Below are positions 28,485 to 38,100 of a stretch of DNA of 64,000 bases, one piece after another. The stretch's first letter is position 1, and each line of letters starts with the position of its first letter. The notes under the pieces were generated by a model. It had not been told where the DNA came from and ran no database searches. It worked only from the letters and a program-made list of their open reading frames with translations. Position numbers and translations under genes: made by a program. Origin of the DNA: a virus; IMG/VR virus record IMGVR_UViG_3300045988_155520, positions 96,001 through 160,000 of that record; one strand, 5' to 3'.

Positions 28485-30539
28485 TTAGAATTTACCAAAA
28501 TTAGCGTTGAAAGTTAACGTGACATTGTTGCTACCTTTCTTTTCATCAGTTTGGTCTTTTGAAGGAATTTCTGTTTTTCCGTTAGAATAAACAATGTAGT
28601 CACCGCCTTTTAGAATACTTCCCTCTATTTTATCTCTGTTCTCCCATTTTTCTGCAAGACCAGTGCGTAACTCTTCTTCTACAGCTTTAGCTCTATCTCG
28701 TTCCTCTGTTATAGCATCGGTAAGAGTTTTATCACCTTCAGTACGTTTTGTTATTTCTTTAGCAAGTGCATCTTTTAAGTCATCTGTTTCATTAATAACA
28801 TGTTCTGCAACCGCTTCTAAATCTTTACGTACATCTTTAATACCATCTTCTCTATCTGATATTTCTTTGTCGAGTTTCTTTTCTAAGGTATCACTCTTCT
28901 CTTTTAATGCTTCATCGGCATTTTTTCTTTCCTCTGTCTCAGTTTCAAGAGCACTTTTTACGAGATTTATTAAAGGTGTTGTTCTTGAAAGAATATCATT
29001 GTAAGTCTGTTGATTAGTATTAATTAATTTTCCGTCAACAATTCTATATTCAGAATCAACAAAATCATCTTTGCTAATTGGGTCATGTATTACAATTGTG
29101 TCACCCTCTACCATTACCTTGTGGGTCCACATATTTCCGTCCCATTCATGAAGTATGTATGTTGGTTTGCACCCTGCACAATCTTTATAGAACTCATTGT
29201 ATATTAACTCGTTCTCGTCCTTTACATCTTCATTTATATTAGCAGCTGTCCAAACAGTAAAACCATGTTCTGTATTCAATGAAGGAAGTAGAACTGTTTT
29301 ATATGTATTACCACCAATTACTTCCGCACCATAATTATTAGACCCGTTAAAATATTTTACTAATCTAAGTGACAAGAAGTGTTCTGGACATTCTGTTATC
29401 TGAATAACGCCTGATTTATTAAATTGGAATTGTTTTACATAATAGTCAAATCCTTCACCTTTAATTGTTTGAGAACTTGTCCAATATTTCGCTTCTTTAT
29501 TAAATTTAATAATATCTTCATTCTTATCAACACCATATCCGCCAGCAAATACATTAAAACCATATTTATCAGTTCCCTCTGGAGAAATAGGTTTTTCCTC
29601 AGCTACTTTATCATCATACAGATATGTATCATCGCTTGGTGTACCACTTGTTGCAGTTTTATTCCAACACTCTGTTGATTTTAATTGTTTACCAGCAAGT
29701 TTTCCTAATTGTACATGGCAATGAATATCGTTATGGTTCTGATACTGACATGGCTCTATTGCATTAAGCATATTATCCCAATCCTGTTTTGTTGGAATAC
29801 GCCACCCTGCTTTTAGTTTACTTTCAATCTCCTTTACACCATCCATAGTGTAAAGTCTTCCAGCATTTGAACTACAACTTAAAGTAACATATCTATCACC
29901 CTTACAAGGATTTACAGGTAAACCACTTCCGTTATCATCTCTTGTGTCAATAAGTGACTTAGCTGGAGAGTAATAACCTGATTTTTCTGTAGGGTTAAGA
30001 CGTACAGGGTCGCCACTCTTGCCATTACCAAGAATGCTACCGTCTGTTATTACTTCTCTTAGGTATTTATTTTCAACTTTCTCGGCTTTCTTTGTTTTAT
30101 CTGTTTCAAATGTACCGATTAGATGTTTATTGTTGTCGCTATCAGTTACCCATAATTTGCCATCAACGTCACTAAATTCAATTTTGAATTTCTTCTCTAC
30201 TGGGTTTCCATTTTCGTCTTTGTCATTGGTAGTATATTTAAAACCAAAGCTGTTTTTATCAGTGCAATCACCAGTACAGCTACCAGTTCCAGCAAAATGA
30301 TAATCATCTAACGTAATACCATTATTCATTAAAGAAGCAAGGTCAATTCCAATAACATCGCCATTGTTTCTTGTTAATTTTAATGTATTGGTTTTCTTGT
30401 CAAATTCACCATTAGCTATATCTTCGTCCTTTAAGTTAAGAAGATTACTATCGACTTCATTTACGGTTAACTTACAATTCTTGGTAACATCCTCTTTGTA
30501 AGGTGAAACAAGCTTGTAAAAATATAATCCTTTAGCCAT
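28485..30539 (-). CDS. tail fibre protein with Fibrobacter succinogenes major paralogous (FISUMP)-like domain and C-terminal coiled coil
   Basis: AGWRIPTKQDWDNMLNAI, GKQLKSTECW, KYGFNVFAGGYG and AKYWTSSQ match the remembered FISUMP signature. Confidence 0.6.
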   Translation of the reverse strand: MAKGLYFYKLVSPYKEDVTKNCKLTVNEVDSNLLNLKDEDIANGEFDKKTNTLKLTRNNGDVIGIDLASLMNNGITLDDYHFAGTGSCTGDCTDKNSFGFKYTTNDKDENGNPVEKKFKIEFSDVDGKLWVTDSDNNKHLIGTFETDKTKKAEKVENKYLREVITDGSILGNGKSGDPVRLNPTEKSGYYSPAKSLIDTRDDNGSGLPVNPCKGDRYVTLSCSSNAGRLYTMDGVKEIESKLKAGWRIPTKQDWDNMLNAIEPCQYQNHNDIHCHVQLGKLAGKQLKSTECWNKTATSGTPSDDTYLYDDKVAEEKPISPEGTDKYGFNVFAGGYGVDKNEDIIKFNKEAKYWTSSQTIKGEGFDYYVKQFQFNKSGVIQITECPEHFLSLRLVKYFNGSNNYGAEVIGGNTYKTVLLPSLNTEHGFTVWTAANINEDVKDENELIYNEFYKDCAGCKPTYILHEWDGNMWTHKVMVEGDTIVIHDPISKDDFVDSEYRIVDGKLINTNQQTYNDILSRTTPLINLVKSALETETEERKNADEALKEKSDTLEKKLDKEISDREDGIKDVRKDLEAVAEHVINETDDLKDALAKEITKRTEGDKTLTDAITEERDRAKAVEEELRTGLAEKWENRDKIEGSILKGGDYIVYSNGKTEIPSKDQTDEKKGSNNVTLTFNANFGKF

Positions 30540-30582
30540 ATTATTTTTATATTAGTTATTCTTTATATTCTTTTAAATAAAT

Positions 30583-30969
30583 ATGAAAAAATTTTTCTTT
30601 ATACATTATTTATCGTTAATAATGAATATAAACCTTACAATTTTTATGTCACACTCTAAAGGTTATTGGAAAAATAAGGAAAATATGTTTCGTGAAGCCA
30701 AAAAATATACTTCTAAGGAAGAATTTAAAAATAACAATTTAACTGCTTTCTTAGCTGCCTACAAATATGGCTATATTGATGAAATGTATTGGTTGGTTAA
30801 ACAAAAACAACATAAGAAAGGCTTTTGGACATATAAAGAGATTGAAAAAGAATCTATGAAGTATAAAACAAAAACAGAATTTTTTAAGAAAAATCAAACC
30901 GCTTATCGTGCTGCGTTAAAACTTGGTATAATTGATGATTTCTTCATTACCAATTATATTCAATATTAA
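30583..30969 (+). CDS. tandem-repeat protein (two repeats of about 45 aa), start uncertain
   Basis: KGYWKNKENMFREAKKYTSKEEFKNNNLTAFLAAYKYGYIDEM and KGFWTYKEIEKESMKYKTKTEFFKKNQTAYRAALKLGIIDDF. Confidence 0.5.
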   Translation: MKKFFFIHYLSLIMNINLTIFMSHSKGYWKNKENMFREAKKYTSKEEFKNNNLTAFLAAYKYGYIDEMYWLVKQKQHKKGFWTYKEIEKESMKYKTKTEFFKKNQTAYRAALKLGIIDDFFITNYIQY

Positions 30970-30986
30970 AAAAGCCTATGACAAAT

Positions 30987-32942
30987 TCATAGACTTTTGT
31001 ATTTGTAGTTATTCAAAATTTCCATGTATTCTAAATCTCTATTATAAAATTTAAAATCTTTCATATATCCAATAAAGCTACCAGCAAAATATTCTTCAAG
31101 TGGGTATACACGTGTTGGGTTAAGCATATAATTTTGCAATATTGTTTCACTTAATCCTTGTGTTCCACCACCTATAGATATATTATATGGTACGCCTTCC
31201 TGTTTTTCGTATAATTCATCTAATTTACGTAAATCTATTCTCGGTAATTCCTTTGTTATATAAACAAGTTTTCCATTTACATAGAAATATATTTTCATAC
31301 CACCAGAAGTACCGTAAATTTTAACGAATACACTACACCACTCACAGTTTGGAATTATGTTTGGATTAGAATACCCTTCAATTATCTTTGTTTTGTTTTC
31401 TCCGTTTATATCACAGTCCTTTGTGAGTATTCTATACCCAATAGACCCATCGTCCTTTATACGCAAAGCAAATGCGTTATTATATATGTCTTTGTAAGGA
31501 TTATGATTGTTAATATCTTTATTTCTGAGTGTATCAATATTATCTACCGTATATCCAGTACATGTTCTATTCATTAAAATGAATAAGTTACCTTTAAAAT
31601 TATTGTTTCGGTAAGTGAACATTACTTTATTTCCCTCTATCCAATTATTTGTTGTATAACCTGTACATGTTCTGTTGAAGAGTAGAAATTTATTATCACT
31701 CATTAAATATTTGTGATTTGCTTCTGAAAATTTAAATCCATTTTCTGTTTCGTATTCAAAATCTGAAATATTCATTTCTGGTTCTAAATAGTCGAAATCT
31801 TCTCCATCGTTTATATTATCTAAATCTTCTATATAATCATCACCGAATGGGTCATTATAATCATAATCAGGGTCTCTTTCTATATATTCTACTTTTTTAT
31901 GATTGTTATCATTAGTTTCTTCGGTGTCTTTTTCGTCATCTTTATTATTACAACACCACCCTTTTAATGTTTCATGAGGTTGATTTTCATCTATTAATTT
32001 TGCTTTGGTATTACTTTCTATATAATAATCCATTACATCAAGACCATCTAAATTACAAGGTTTTTCTTCATATAATTTTGGGTCATAATAATTGAAATTA
32101 ATGTAGTCATCTAAATCATCGAATTTAATCTTTGTTTCTGGACCTGGAAATTCTATATCTAAATCATAGAAATTTCCAATTATATAATCTGATTTATTGA
32201 TTTCTCCACCTTCTACATAATCATCTGGGGATAAAGGATTACTTTCTTCAAGTTTATACTTATCATCTTTATCATAAAGATAGGTCCATTTGTTTTCCGC
32301 CCTTGTACCCATGAAAAAGAATATACCTTTATTGTTTGGATATTTGTCATTAAGTGTTTTATCACTTTCTTTTTCAATATCACATTTTTTTAATTGAAAT
32401 TCAAAACCCCATACATCACCATTATCTATTTTGTTTGGAAGAACTTTATATTTGTCACATTCTGTCTGGAAAAAGCCTTGAAAGAATCCACCGTTTAATT
32501 TTACTTGACATTCTTCAAATGTAATCGGATAATCGTACAATAATGTACTTCCTGTTACTTGATGTAATTTAAGTCTATAATCACCTTCTTTGATATTATA
32601 TTTTTGTTTTTGGAATAATTCAAAGAAATCTTTATTTGATATTCTATCTTTTCTAAATTTAAAAAGTCCGTTATCAAAACCAGTATATGTGATATTATAC
32701 AAAGTATTTTCAATAGCTACAGCTTTGTTCCACACTTCGTTCTTTTTTCCATAAATCCACCCATTTTCATCATGACATTCTTTATCACACATATCTATAT
32801 GCGATATAATTCCGTCACTTGTAACTTGATTATTGAATCTATATGAACCATACGAATCTTTATAAACAAAAAAATCATAATATTCATCTTTGTTTATATT
32901 CATTCGTAAATTATGGAAGTTATTTTCTTTTAAATTAGCCAT
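30987..32942 (-). CDS. fibre/receptor-binding candidate with C-terminal LamG/concanavalin-like domain
   Basis: KIYFYVNGKLVY ... FIGYMKDFKFYNRDLEYMEI resembles the LamG tail (F.G.iDdvriYNraL). Internal duplicated NRTCTGYT motif. Confidence 0.5.
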   Translation of the reverse strand: MANLKENNFHNLRMNINKDEYYDFFVYKDSYGSYRFNNQVTSDGIISHIDMCDKECHDENGWIYGKKNEVWNKAVAIENTLYNITYTGFDNGLFKFRKDRISNKDFFELFQKQKYNIKEGDYRLKLHQVTGSTLLYDYPITFEECQVKLNGGFFQGFFQTECDKYKVLPNKIDNGDVWGFEFQLKKCDIEKESDKTLNDKYPNNKGIFFFMGTRAENKWTYLYDKDDKYKLEESNPLSPDDYVEGGEINKSDYIIGNFYDLDIEFPGPETKIKFDDLDDYINFNYYDPKLYEEKPCNLDGLDVMDYYIESNTKAKLIDENQPHETLKGWCCNNKDDEKDTEETNDNNHKKVEYIERDPDYDYNDPFGDDYIEDLDNINDGEDFDYLEPEMNISDFEYETENGFKFSEANHKYLMSDNKFLLFNRTCTGYTTNNWIEGNKVMFTYRNNNFKGNLFILMNRTCTGYTVDNIDTLRNKDINNHNPYKDIYNNAFALRIKDDGSIGYRILTKDCDINGENKTKIIEGYSNPNIIPNCEWCSVFVKIYGTSGGMKIYFYVNGKLVYITKELPRIDLRKLDELYEKQEGVPYNISIGGGTQGLSETILQNYMLNPTRVYPLEEYFAGSFIGYMKDFKFYNRDLEYMEILNNYKYKSL

Positions 32943-32962
32943 TACATACCTTATTTCACAAT

Positions 32963-32976
32963 AATAAATATTTATT
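32963..32976. promoter_or_regulatory. perfect palindrome AATAAATATTTATT in a divergent intergenic spacer
   Basis: Overlaps a minus-strand TATAAATA (plus-strand TATTTATA at 32973-32980), 30 nt upstream of the ATG at 32942. Confidence 0.3.
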
Positions 32977-32997
32977 TATAATAAATTGTATATTCAA

Positions 32998-33276
32998 ATG
33001 AAGATAGTTAAAATAAATGAATCTCAGTTTGAAAAGTTATTTGAAACAAGTTCATTCGTTCAAACTGCTGGTGAAAGTAATTTAAGTCTGCCTGGTGCTG
33101 AACAAGCAGCCACTTCACCTAATGCAGCAATCATACATGATATAGACGGAAATGAAATAAATCAAGGACAAACTGATGATGAGTTAGCGCAACCGATAAC
33201 AGGTAAAAAGATTTCTAACACAATGTCAAGTTCTCAAAAATTTGGCTATGTTGGAAGTAATGGAAGGGGATTATAA
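32998..33276 (+). CDS. small hypothetical protein with CTS-like N-terminus
   Basis: The first ATG gives MKIVKINESQFEKLFETS. The track start at 32986 is TTG. Confidence 0.5.
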   Translation: MKIVKINESQFEKLFETSSFVQTAGESNLSLPGAEQAATSPNAAIIHDIDGNEINQGQTDDELAQPITGKKISNTMSSSQKFGYVGSNGRGL

Positions 33277-33278
33277 GT

Positions 33279-33836
33279 ATGCCTATTTTTATTTATGAAG
33301 ACAGACAGGAAGTACAAAATAAAGTAAGTGTTCTGCCTGCTGATTTTATGAAAGAGAGATTTAAAACAGCAGCTCTTAATAAAGATTATCTTGAAACTGT
33401 TCCTGGTGGTAAGGTCTTGAAAGGACAAATTTCTAAGACCCAATATAACACTAAAGGTTCTACATCAGATAGTAAGAATGGTAAAGAAAAGAAATCATCT
33501 GTTGGTGTTATTCAACATAGCCGTTTAAAGGGTATTGTTCATGCTATGGAACAGGTACCACGTAATTCAAAAAGTTTTGAATTATATGGCGGTGAGAAAG
33601 GTCTTGAGATATACAGGAATTTACTTAGTAAAAACAGGTCCGTTCCATCGGTTAATTCTGTTAAGCAAGTTAAACCTGCGTCTGCATCATCTTCAACTAA
33701 GCCATCTTCTGTTAATATAAAATCTGATACTACTCCAGATGGAGGAAGTGTTTCTTTTTTAAAGAACGAATCACGTAAAACAATTTTTATTAATGGAAAA
33801 CAATTAAATATATTAAAAGAAAATAGAAATGTATAA
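33279..33836 (+). CDS. hypothetical S/K-rich protein
   Basis: 185-aa ORF. Confidence 0.5.
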   Translation: MPIFIYEDRQEVQNKVSVLPADFMKERFKTAALNKDYLETVPGGKVLKGQISKTQYNTKGSTSDSKNGKEKKSSVGVIQHSRLKGIVHAMEQVPRNSKSFELYGGEKGLEIYRNLLSKNRSVPSVNSVKQVKPASASSSTKPSSVNIKSDTTPDGGSVSFLKNESRKTIFINGKQLNILKENRNV

Positions 33837-34005
33837 AAATGGTCAAACGTGTCTTGAGAAATTTGGTCTTGAGGCAAGAAAGGTTCATTTGCAAAGGAAT
33901 GATTGGGGTAATCCAGTTATGCCTTCTACAAAGAATAAAATAGAATACACTAAAGTTTTAGTAGATGCAGAATATGCAATACAAACCGACTTTAAAGTAG
34001 ATTAA
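33829..34005 (+). CDS. 58-aa ORF below the track cutoff (MYKNGQTCLEKFGLEARK...)
   Basis: Its ATG overlaps the end of 33279-33836. It shares the NGQTCLEK.G.E motif with the N-terminus of 34048-34461. Confidence 0.35.
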   Translation: MYKNGQTCLEKFGLEARKVHLQRNDWGNPVMPSTKNKIEYTKVLVDAEYAIQTDFKVD

Positions 34006-34047
34006 CTATTTATAAAGAAAATAATGATATTAAATTTTAAATAACAT

Positions 34048-34461
34048 ATGGCTACAACAGTTCAAAATGGACAAACATGTCTTGAAAAAAGAGGTATAGA
34101 AGAAAGACATAAAGAAATTACACGAAGTGATTATAACATTGAAGACCAGTACGGTCCAACACATAAAGATGCCTTAAGTGATGGCGACCCTCAAGGTAAA
34201 GGTACAGGTCATGGTGGTCATACTCATTATTTACCAGACTGTACAAAACCTACTGGTACTATAGACTATAGCAATTTTGATACAGACCATGGTGGTGGTC
34301 AATATGACATCGAAGGACGTAACAATATCAGCGGTCGTAAGAGAGCACTTGCTATCTCAATGTATAACAAAGAAAATATGTATGGTCCAACATTGGTTGA
34401 TACTTCTATTAATAGAAGCGATGGACAATATTTTGTAGGTCAGACTTTAAAACATTCGTAA
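34048..34461 (+). CDS. hypothetical G/H/D-rich protein
   Basis: 137-aa ORF. Confidence 0.5.
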   Translation: MATTVQNGQTCLEKRGIEERHKEITRSDYNIEDQYGPTHKDALSDGDPQGKGTGHGGHTHYLPDCTKPTGTIDYSNFDTDHGGGQYDIEGRNNISGRKRALAISMYNKENMYGPTLVDTSINRSDGQYFVGQTLKHS

Positions 34462-34464
34462 TAG

Positions 34465-35385
34465 ATGAATCTGAATTTATATGAAATATTGAAGAATGTG
34501 TTAAATGAGGGGGTTTCCACAAAGGCGGTTCGTAAGGTTTTAGATGGTTCTATTGATGGTGTAGATAGTAACGGAAAAGCTAAGAATGTAGATAAAAATG
34601 GCAACCTCTTCTATCACTATGTTCGTATAACATATGATGATACTTTAGATAATCCTCATTCTGATAAACTTCCAGAACCTGTAGGAAATAGACTTGGAGT
34701 CAGAATTATTCAACCTTATGCGTTGGGAGAATATATTTCAGTTAATTCTAAAACTGGTAAAAAGAAACGTAGAAAAGTTTTAAGAGCCTATCAAATAAGT
34801 CCAGAGAGTAGACGAGGAGGTCCACGTTGGGATTTATTCAGACTTGATAGAATTTTATCTTGGGAACCTATACTTTCTAAAACTTTCAGTTATCCTGCAG
34901 AGGGTTATAATGAAAATGGAGATAAAACTTTAAATAAGGTTGACGTACAAGTTAAATTTAGTAATTACGAACGAAATCCTGATGAATATACCCAAGCTAT
35001 CAATAGACCTGGTGCTATAAAACAACAGTCTCAAAGCGATATGCTTGCACCTAAAGTATCTAACGGTAATATAGGTCAGACAAATGTTTTGAATCAACGT
35101 AAAAGAGTTGCTGGTAAAACTTATAAGAATAGTAAACGTGATAACATGGTTGCTAAAAATATAGAACTTACTAAAACTCAAGATAGATTTGATAATTCTT
35201 TATGGGATAAAGCTAATTCTGAAAAGATGAAGCAAGATTATAACAATTGGAATAATAAGAATCAAAAAGTTAAATCTGGTCCAATTAAAAATAATGATGA
35301 GGAAGATATGGAAGCATGGCTTAACACACCTCATAATGATTTTGACAAAGATATTACTTCTTATAAAAAAAATGAATTTATATAA
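34465..35385 (+). CDS. hypothetical basic protein with CTS-like N-terminus
   Basis: 306 aa, N-terminus MNLNLYEILKNVLNEGVS. Confidence 0.55.
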   Translation: MNLNLYEILKNVLNEGVSTKAVRKVLDGSIDGVDSNGKAKNVDKNGNLFYHYVRITYDDTLDNPHSDKLPEPVGNRLGVRIIQPYALGEYISVNSKTGKKKRRKVLRAYQISPESRRGGPRWDLFRLDRILSWEPILSKTFSYPAEGYNENGDKTLNKVDVQVKFSNYERNPDEYTQAINRPGAIKQQSQSDMLAPKVSNGNIGQTNVLNQRKRVAGKTYKNSKRDNMVAKNIELTKTQDRFDNSLWDKANSEKMKQDYNNWNNKNQKVKSGPIKNNDEEDMEAWLNTPHNDFDKDITSYKKNEFI

Positions 35386-35396
35386 TATTACACATA

Positions 35397-36020
35397 ATGG
35401 ATGCAAGTAATTTAAAAAATGTTTTACAAAGAGCAAAACGTTTAACAGATATGGATGCAAGCGGACAAATCAATATGATTGCTGAAAATGCAAGAAATAG
35501 TGGTAAAATGAATTATAATGACACCGATGCAATTCCATCTGTTAATCAAACCAATTATCAGCCAGTTTATCAGAATTTCTCTGAGCCAAGAAGAAATTCA
35601 TCAATGCCAAAAGAAATATTGGAGTCTTTTAGAGATAACCCTATTAATGTTCCAGCTGGAGGTATGGGTGCTTCTTCTTCTGTTTTAGATGATTTGGGAA
35701 TAGTTACTGAAAATTTCCAACAGCCTGTTGTTCCTAAAGCACCTAAACGAGTTATTACTGAAAATAGCAATGTTCATCAACCTGTATATCAAGGTTCTTC
35801 TAACGTTGATTATTCACTTATCAAAGATATAGTTGAGAGTGCTGTGAAGAAATATATGGGTGCTTATATGAAAAAGATGATGAATGAAAATAAACAAAAT
35901 CTTTCATCAAATGATACTATAAAGGCAGTTCAATTTGGTGATAAATTTAGTTTTGTTACAGAGAGTGGTGATTTATATACAGCTTCTTTAGAATTTGTTA
36001 AAAATATAAAAAAGAAATAA
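35397..36020 (+). CDS. hypothetical protein
   Basis: 207-aa ORF followed by a terminator. Confidence 0.55.
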   Translation: MDASNLKNVLQRAKRLTDMDASGQINMIAENARNSGKMNYNDTDAIPSVNQTNYQPVYQNFSEPRRNSSMPKEILESFRDNPINVPAGGMGASSSVLDDLGIVTENFQQPVVPKAPKRVITENSNVHQPVYQGSSNVDYSLIKDIVESAVKKYMGAYMKKMMNENKQNLSSNDTIKAVQFGDKFSFVTESGDLYTASLEFVKNIKKK

Positions 36021-36047
36021 AGCGTAGGTCAATTCCTACGCTTTTTT
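36019..36047. terminator. bidirectional hairpin between convergent genes
   Basis: AAAGCGTAGG-tcaatt-CCTACGCTTT plus a T run. Confidence 0.7.
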
Positions 36048-36054
36048 ATTTTAT

Positions 36055-36777
36055 TTAAATCTTTCTATTTCTTAGAATTTTCTTGATAATTTCTTGAGTT
36101 TCATCATTAGGATTTTTATTTATCATTTCTTCTATTTCATTCTTAATAGATTTTTCACTACCATTTATTCCTAAAACTTTTAAAGCATCGTATATATCCT
36201 GTATTTGGTTTTGTTTCTTTTCTTCGTCTTCAGGTTTTATACCATCTTTAATTTCTGAATTTGCATTTGTGTTTTGATTAGTCTGGTTATTATTTCCAAA
36301 AACATCTCTCAAACTGCCTACTAAATCTTCATCTCTATCTTGATTTGAGTTGTTCATTCTACTATCATCTCGGTATTGATTTGAATCGTTTGTTCGGTCA
36401 TAACTTCTTTCTTGATTTGAGAAGTTATTATCACGATAAAATTGTTCTCTTCCCCTGAAATTACTATTTCTCTGACTCTGATATGCTCTTTCGAGTTCAT
36501 TTAAGCCACTATTCATCGCTTCTAAGACCTTATTTCCAATTTGACGACCAACTATACTCCTCATCTTTTTTACGACCGTTATAGCATTTTTTAAGTCCTC
36601 GATATCACTACCAAGTCTTCTTGACTCCATCATATGTCTCCATCCGTTTTTAAAAGCACCACCTAAACCTTTAAAAAATCCCTTTGTTGAACCATACACA
36701 CCTTCTTGTAAGGTTAAGTCATCTATATTTTCTTGAATTAATATATCTATTTGTTTTTTAGTAAATTTCTTTTCCAT
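36055..36777 (-). CDS. hypothetical protein with CTS-like N-terminus and N/Q/D/R-rich repeats
   Basis: N-terminus MEKKFTKKQIDILIQENIDDLTLQEGV. Degenerate repeats FSNQERSYDR / DSNQYRDDSR / NSNQDRDEDL. Confidence 0.55.
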   Translation of the reverse strand: MEKKFTKKQIDILIQENIDDLTLQEGVYGSTKGFFKGLGGAFKNGWRHMMESRRLGSDIEDLKNAITVVKKMRSIVGRQIGNKVLEAMNSGLNELERAYQSQRNSNFRGREQFYRDNNFSNQERSYDRTNDSNQYRDDSRMNNSNQDRDEDLVGSLRDVFGNNNQTNQNTNANSEIKDGIKPEDEEKKQNQIQDIYDALKVLGINGSEKSIKNEIEEMINKNPNDETQEIIKKILRNRKI

Positions 36778-36853
36778 TGAAAATTTGTTTTATAATAAAT
36801 ATATTGATAGCATCAATTATATTTTTATATTTTAGTTAAAAAAAATAAGTATA

Positions 36854-38086
36854 ATGGATAAAATTAAAATGCTTGTTATTCCAAGTGACCGTATGGGAGT
36901 TGGTAAGTTTAGGTCTGTAGACCCTCATGTTTATATAGCTGAACATTATGCAGATGAATTTGATATTGATATTTGTTATATCGACCAAATTCCTACTGAA
37001 AATACTAAAAACTTTTTTGCACAATATGACCTTGTACATATTCATAAACAGCTTGATAATGATATGCTTTTAATGAATATGCTTAAAGAATTATCTATAC
37101 CTGTTGTTTTAGATATAGATGATTATTTTCATTTGAGTGATTTTCATCCAATGGTAATTACCGCTCGAAAGGAAAAATGGCATGAAAAAATAATTAATCA
37201 TATCAGAAAGGCTGATTATGTAACAACAACAACGGATATTTATGCTAAGACGTTGAAGCAATATAATAAAGAAGTTTCAGTATTTCCTAATGCTATAAAT
37301 CCAGATGAAAAACAATATTCTTATCAAAAGAACGAAAGTGATAAAATTCGCTTTGGAATATTATGCGGTTCATCACATCTTCATGATATTCAACTTCTTA
37401 AGGGTATTTCAGAATGTGCAAGACCTGATAATAATGTTCAGTTAGTTCTTTGCGGTTTCGACACCAATGGAACAAGGACAATTTATGATGAAAAAACAGG
37501 TCAAGTATATAGAAGAAAAATTCTTCCACAAGAATCAATGTGGTTTGAGTATGAAAGAATTATAACCGATGATTATAAGTATTGTTCTCAAGAACATAAA
37601 AACTTTTTAATGAAATTTGTACCAGGAGTTGATGACCCATTTGATAATGAACCTTACAGACGTATGTGGACAAGGAATATTAACTCTTACGCTACTCATT
37701 ATCAGAACATTGACGTTTTATTAGCTCCGTTGAAAGATACTGAATTTAATAAAATGAAGTCCGAATTGAAAGAAATAGAATGCGGATTTACAAAAACAGC
37801 ATTAATTGCTGAAAATTTAGGACCATATACTATTAATTTAACTTCAATGATAGGTTTTGGTGGAACTGTGAATGAAAATGGTACAGCATTATTAGTAGAC
37901 CCAAGAAAAGACCATAAGGATTGGGTTAAATATATTAATAAGTTAGCTACCAATCCAGAAATGATTGAAAAATTGAAAGATAATATTCATTCACTTGTAG
38001 TTGATAAATATTCAATGGATAAGGTCTGTGAAGATAGAGTAAAATTTTATAAAGAAATAATGAAAAACAAAAAGAGAGATTCGTAA
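36854..38086 (+). CDS. glycosyltransferase-like protein (GT-B type, tentative)
   Basis: 410 aa. LLAPLKDTEFNKMKSELKEIECGFTKTALIAEN resembles the GT4 E..E/nucleotide-sugar motif region. Confidence 0.45.
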   Translation: MDKIKMLVIPSDRMGVGKFRSVDPHVYIAEHYADEFDIDICYIDQIPTENTKNFFAQYDLVHIHKQLDNDMLLMNMLKELSIPVVLDIDDYFHLSDFHPMVITARKEKWHEKIINHIRKADYVTTTTDIYAKTLKQYNKEVSVFPNAINPDEKQYSYQKNESDKIRFGILCGSSHLHDIQLLKGISECARPDNNVQLVLCGFDTNGTRTIYDEKTGQVYRRKILPQESMWFEYERIITDDYKYCSQEHKNFLMKFVPGVDDPFDNEPYRRMWTRNINSYATHYQNIDVLLAPLKDTEFNKMKSELKEIECGFTKTALIAENLGPYTINLTSMIGFGGTVNENGTALLVDPRKDHKDWVKYINKLATNPEMIEKLKDNIHSLVVDKYSMDKVCEDRVKFYKEIMKNKKRDS

Positions 38087-38099
38087 TCTCTCTTTTTTT
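38070..38099. terminator. bidirectional hairpin between convergent genes
   Basis: AAAGAGAGATT-cgt-AATCTCTCTTT plus a T run; overlaps the last codons of 36854-38086. Confidence 0.7.
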
Positions 38100-38100
38100 A

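Noticed and set aside
22706-30539. Diversity-generating retroelement acting on the Mtd_N-like fibres
   Set aside because: No reverse transcriptase ORF is present and I could not recognise any template/variable repeat pair by eye. The complete genome would have to be searched.
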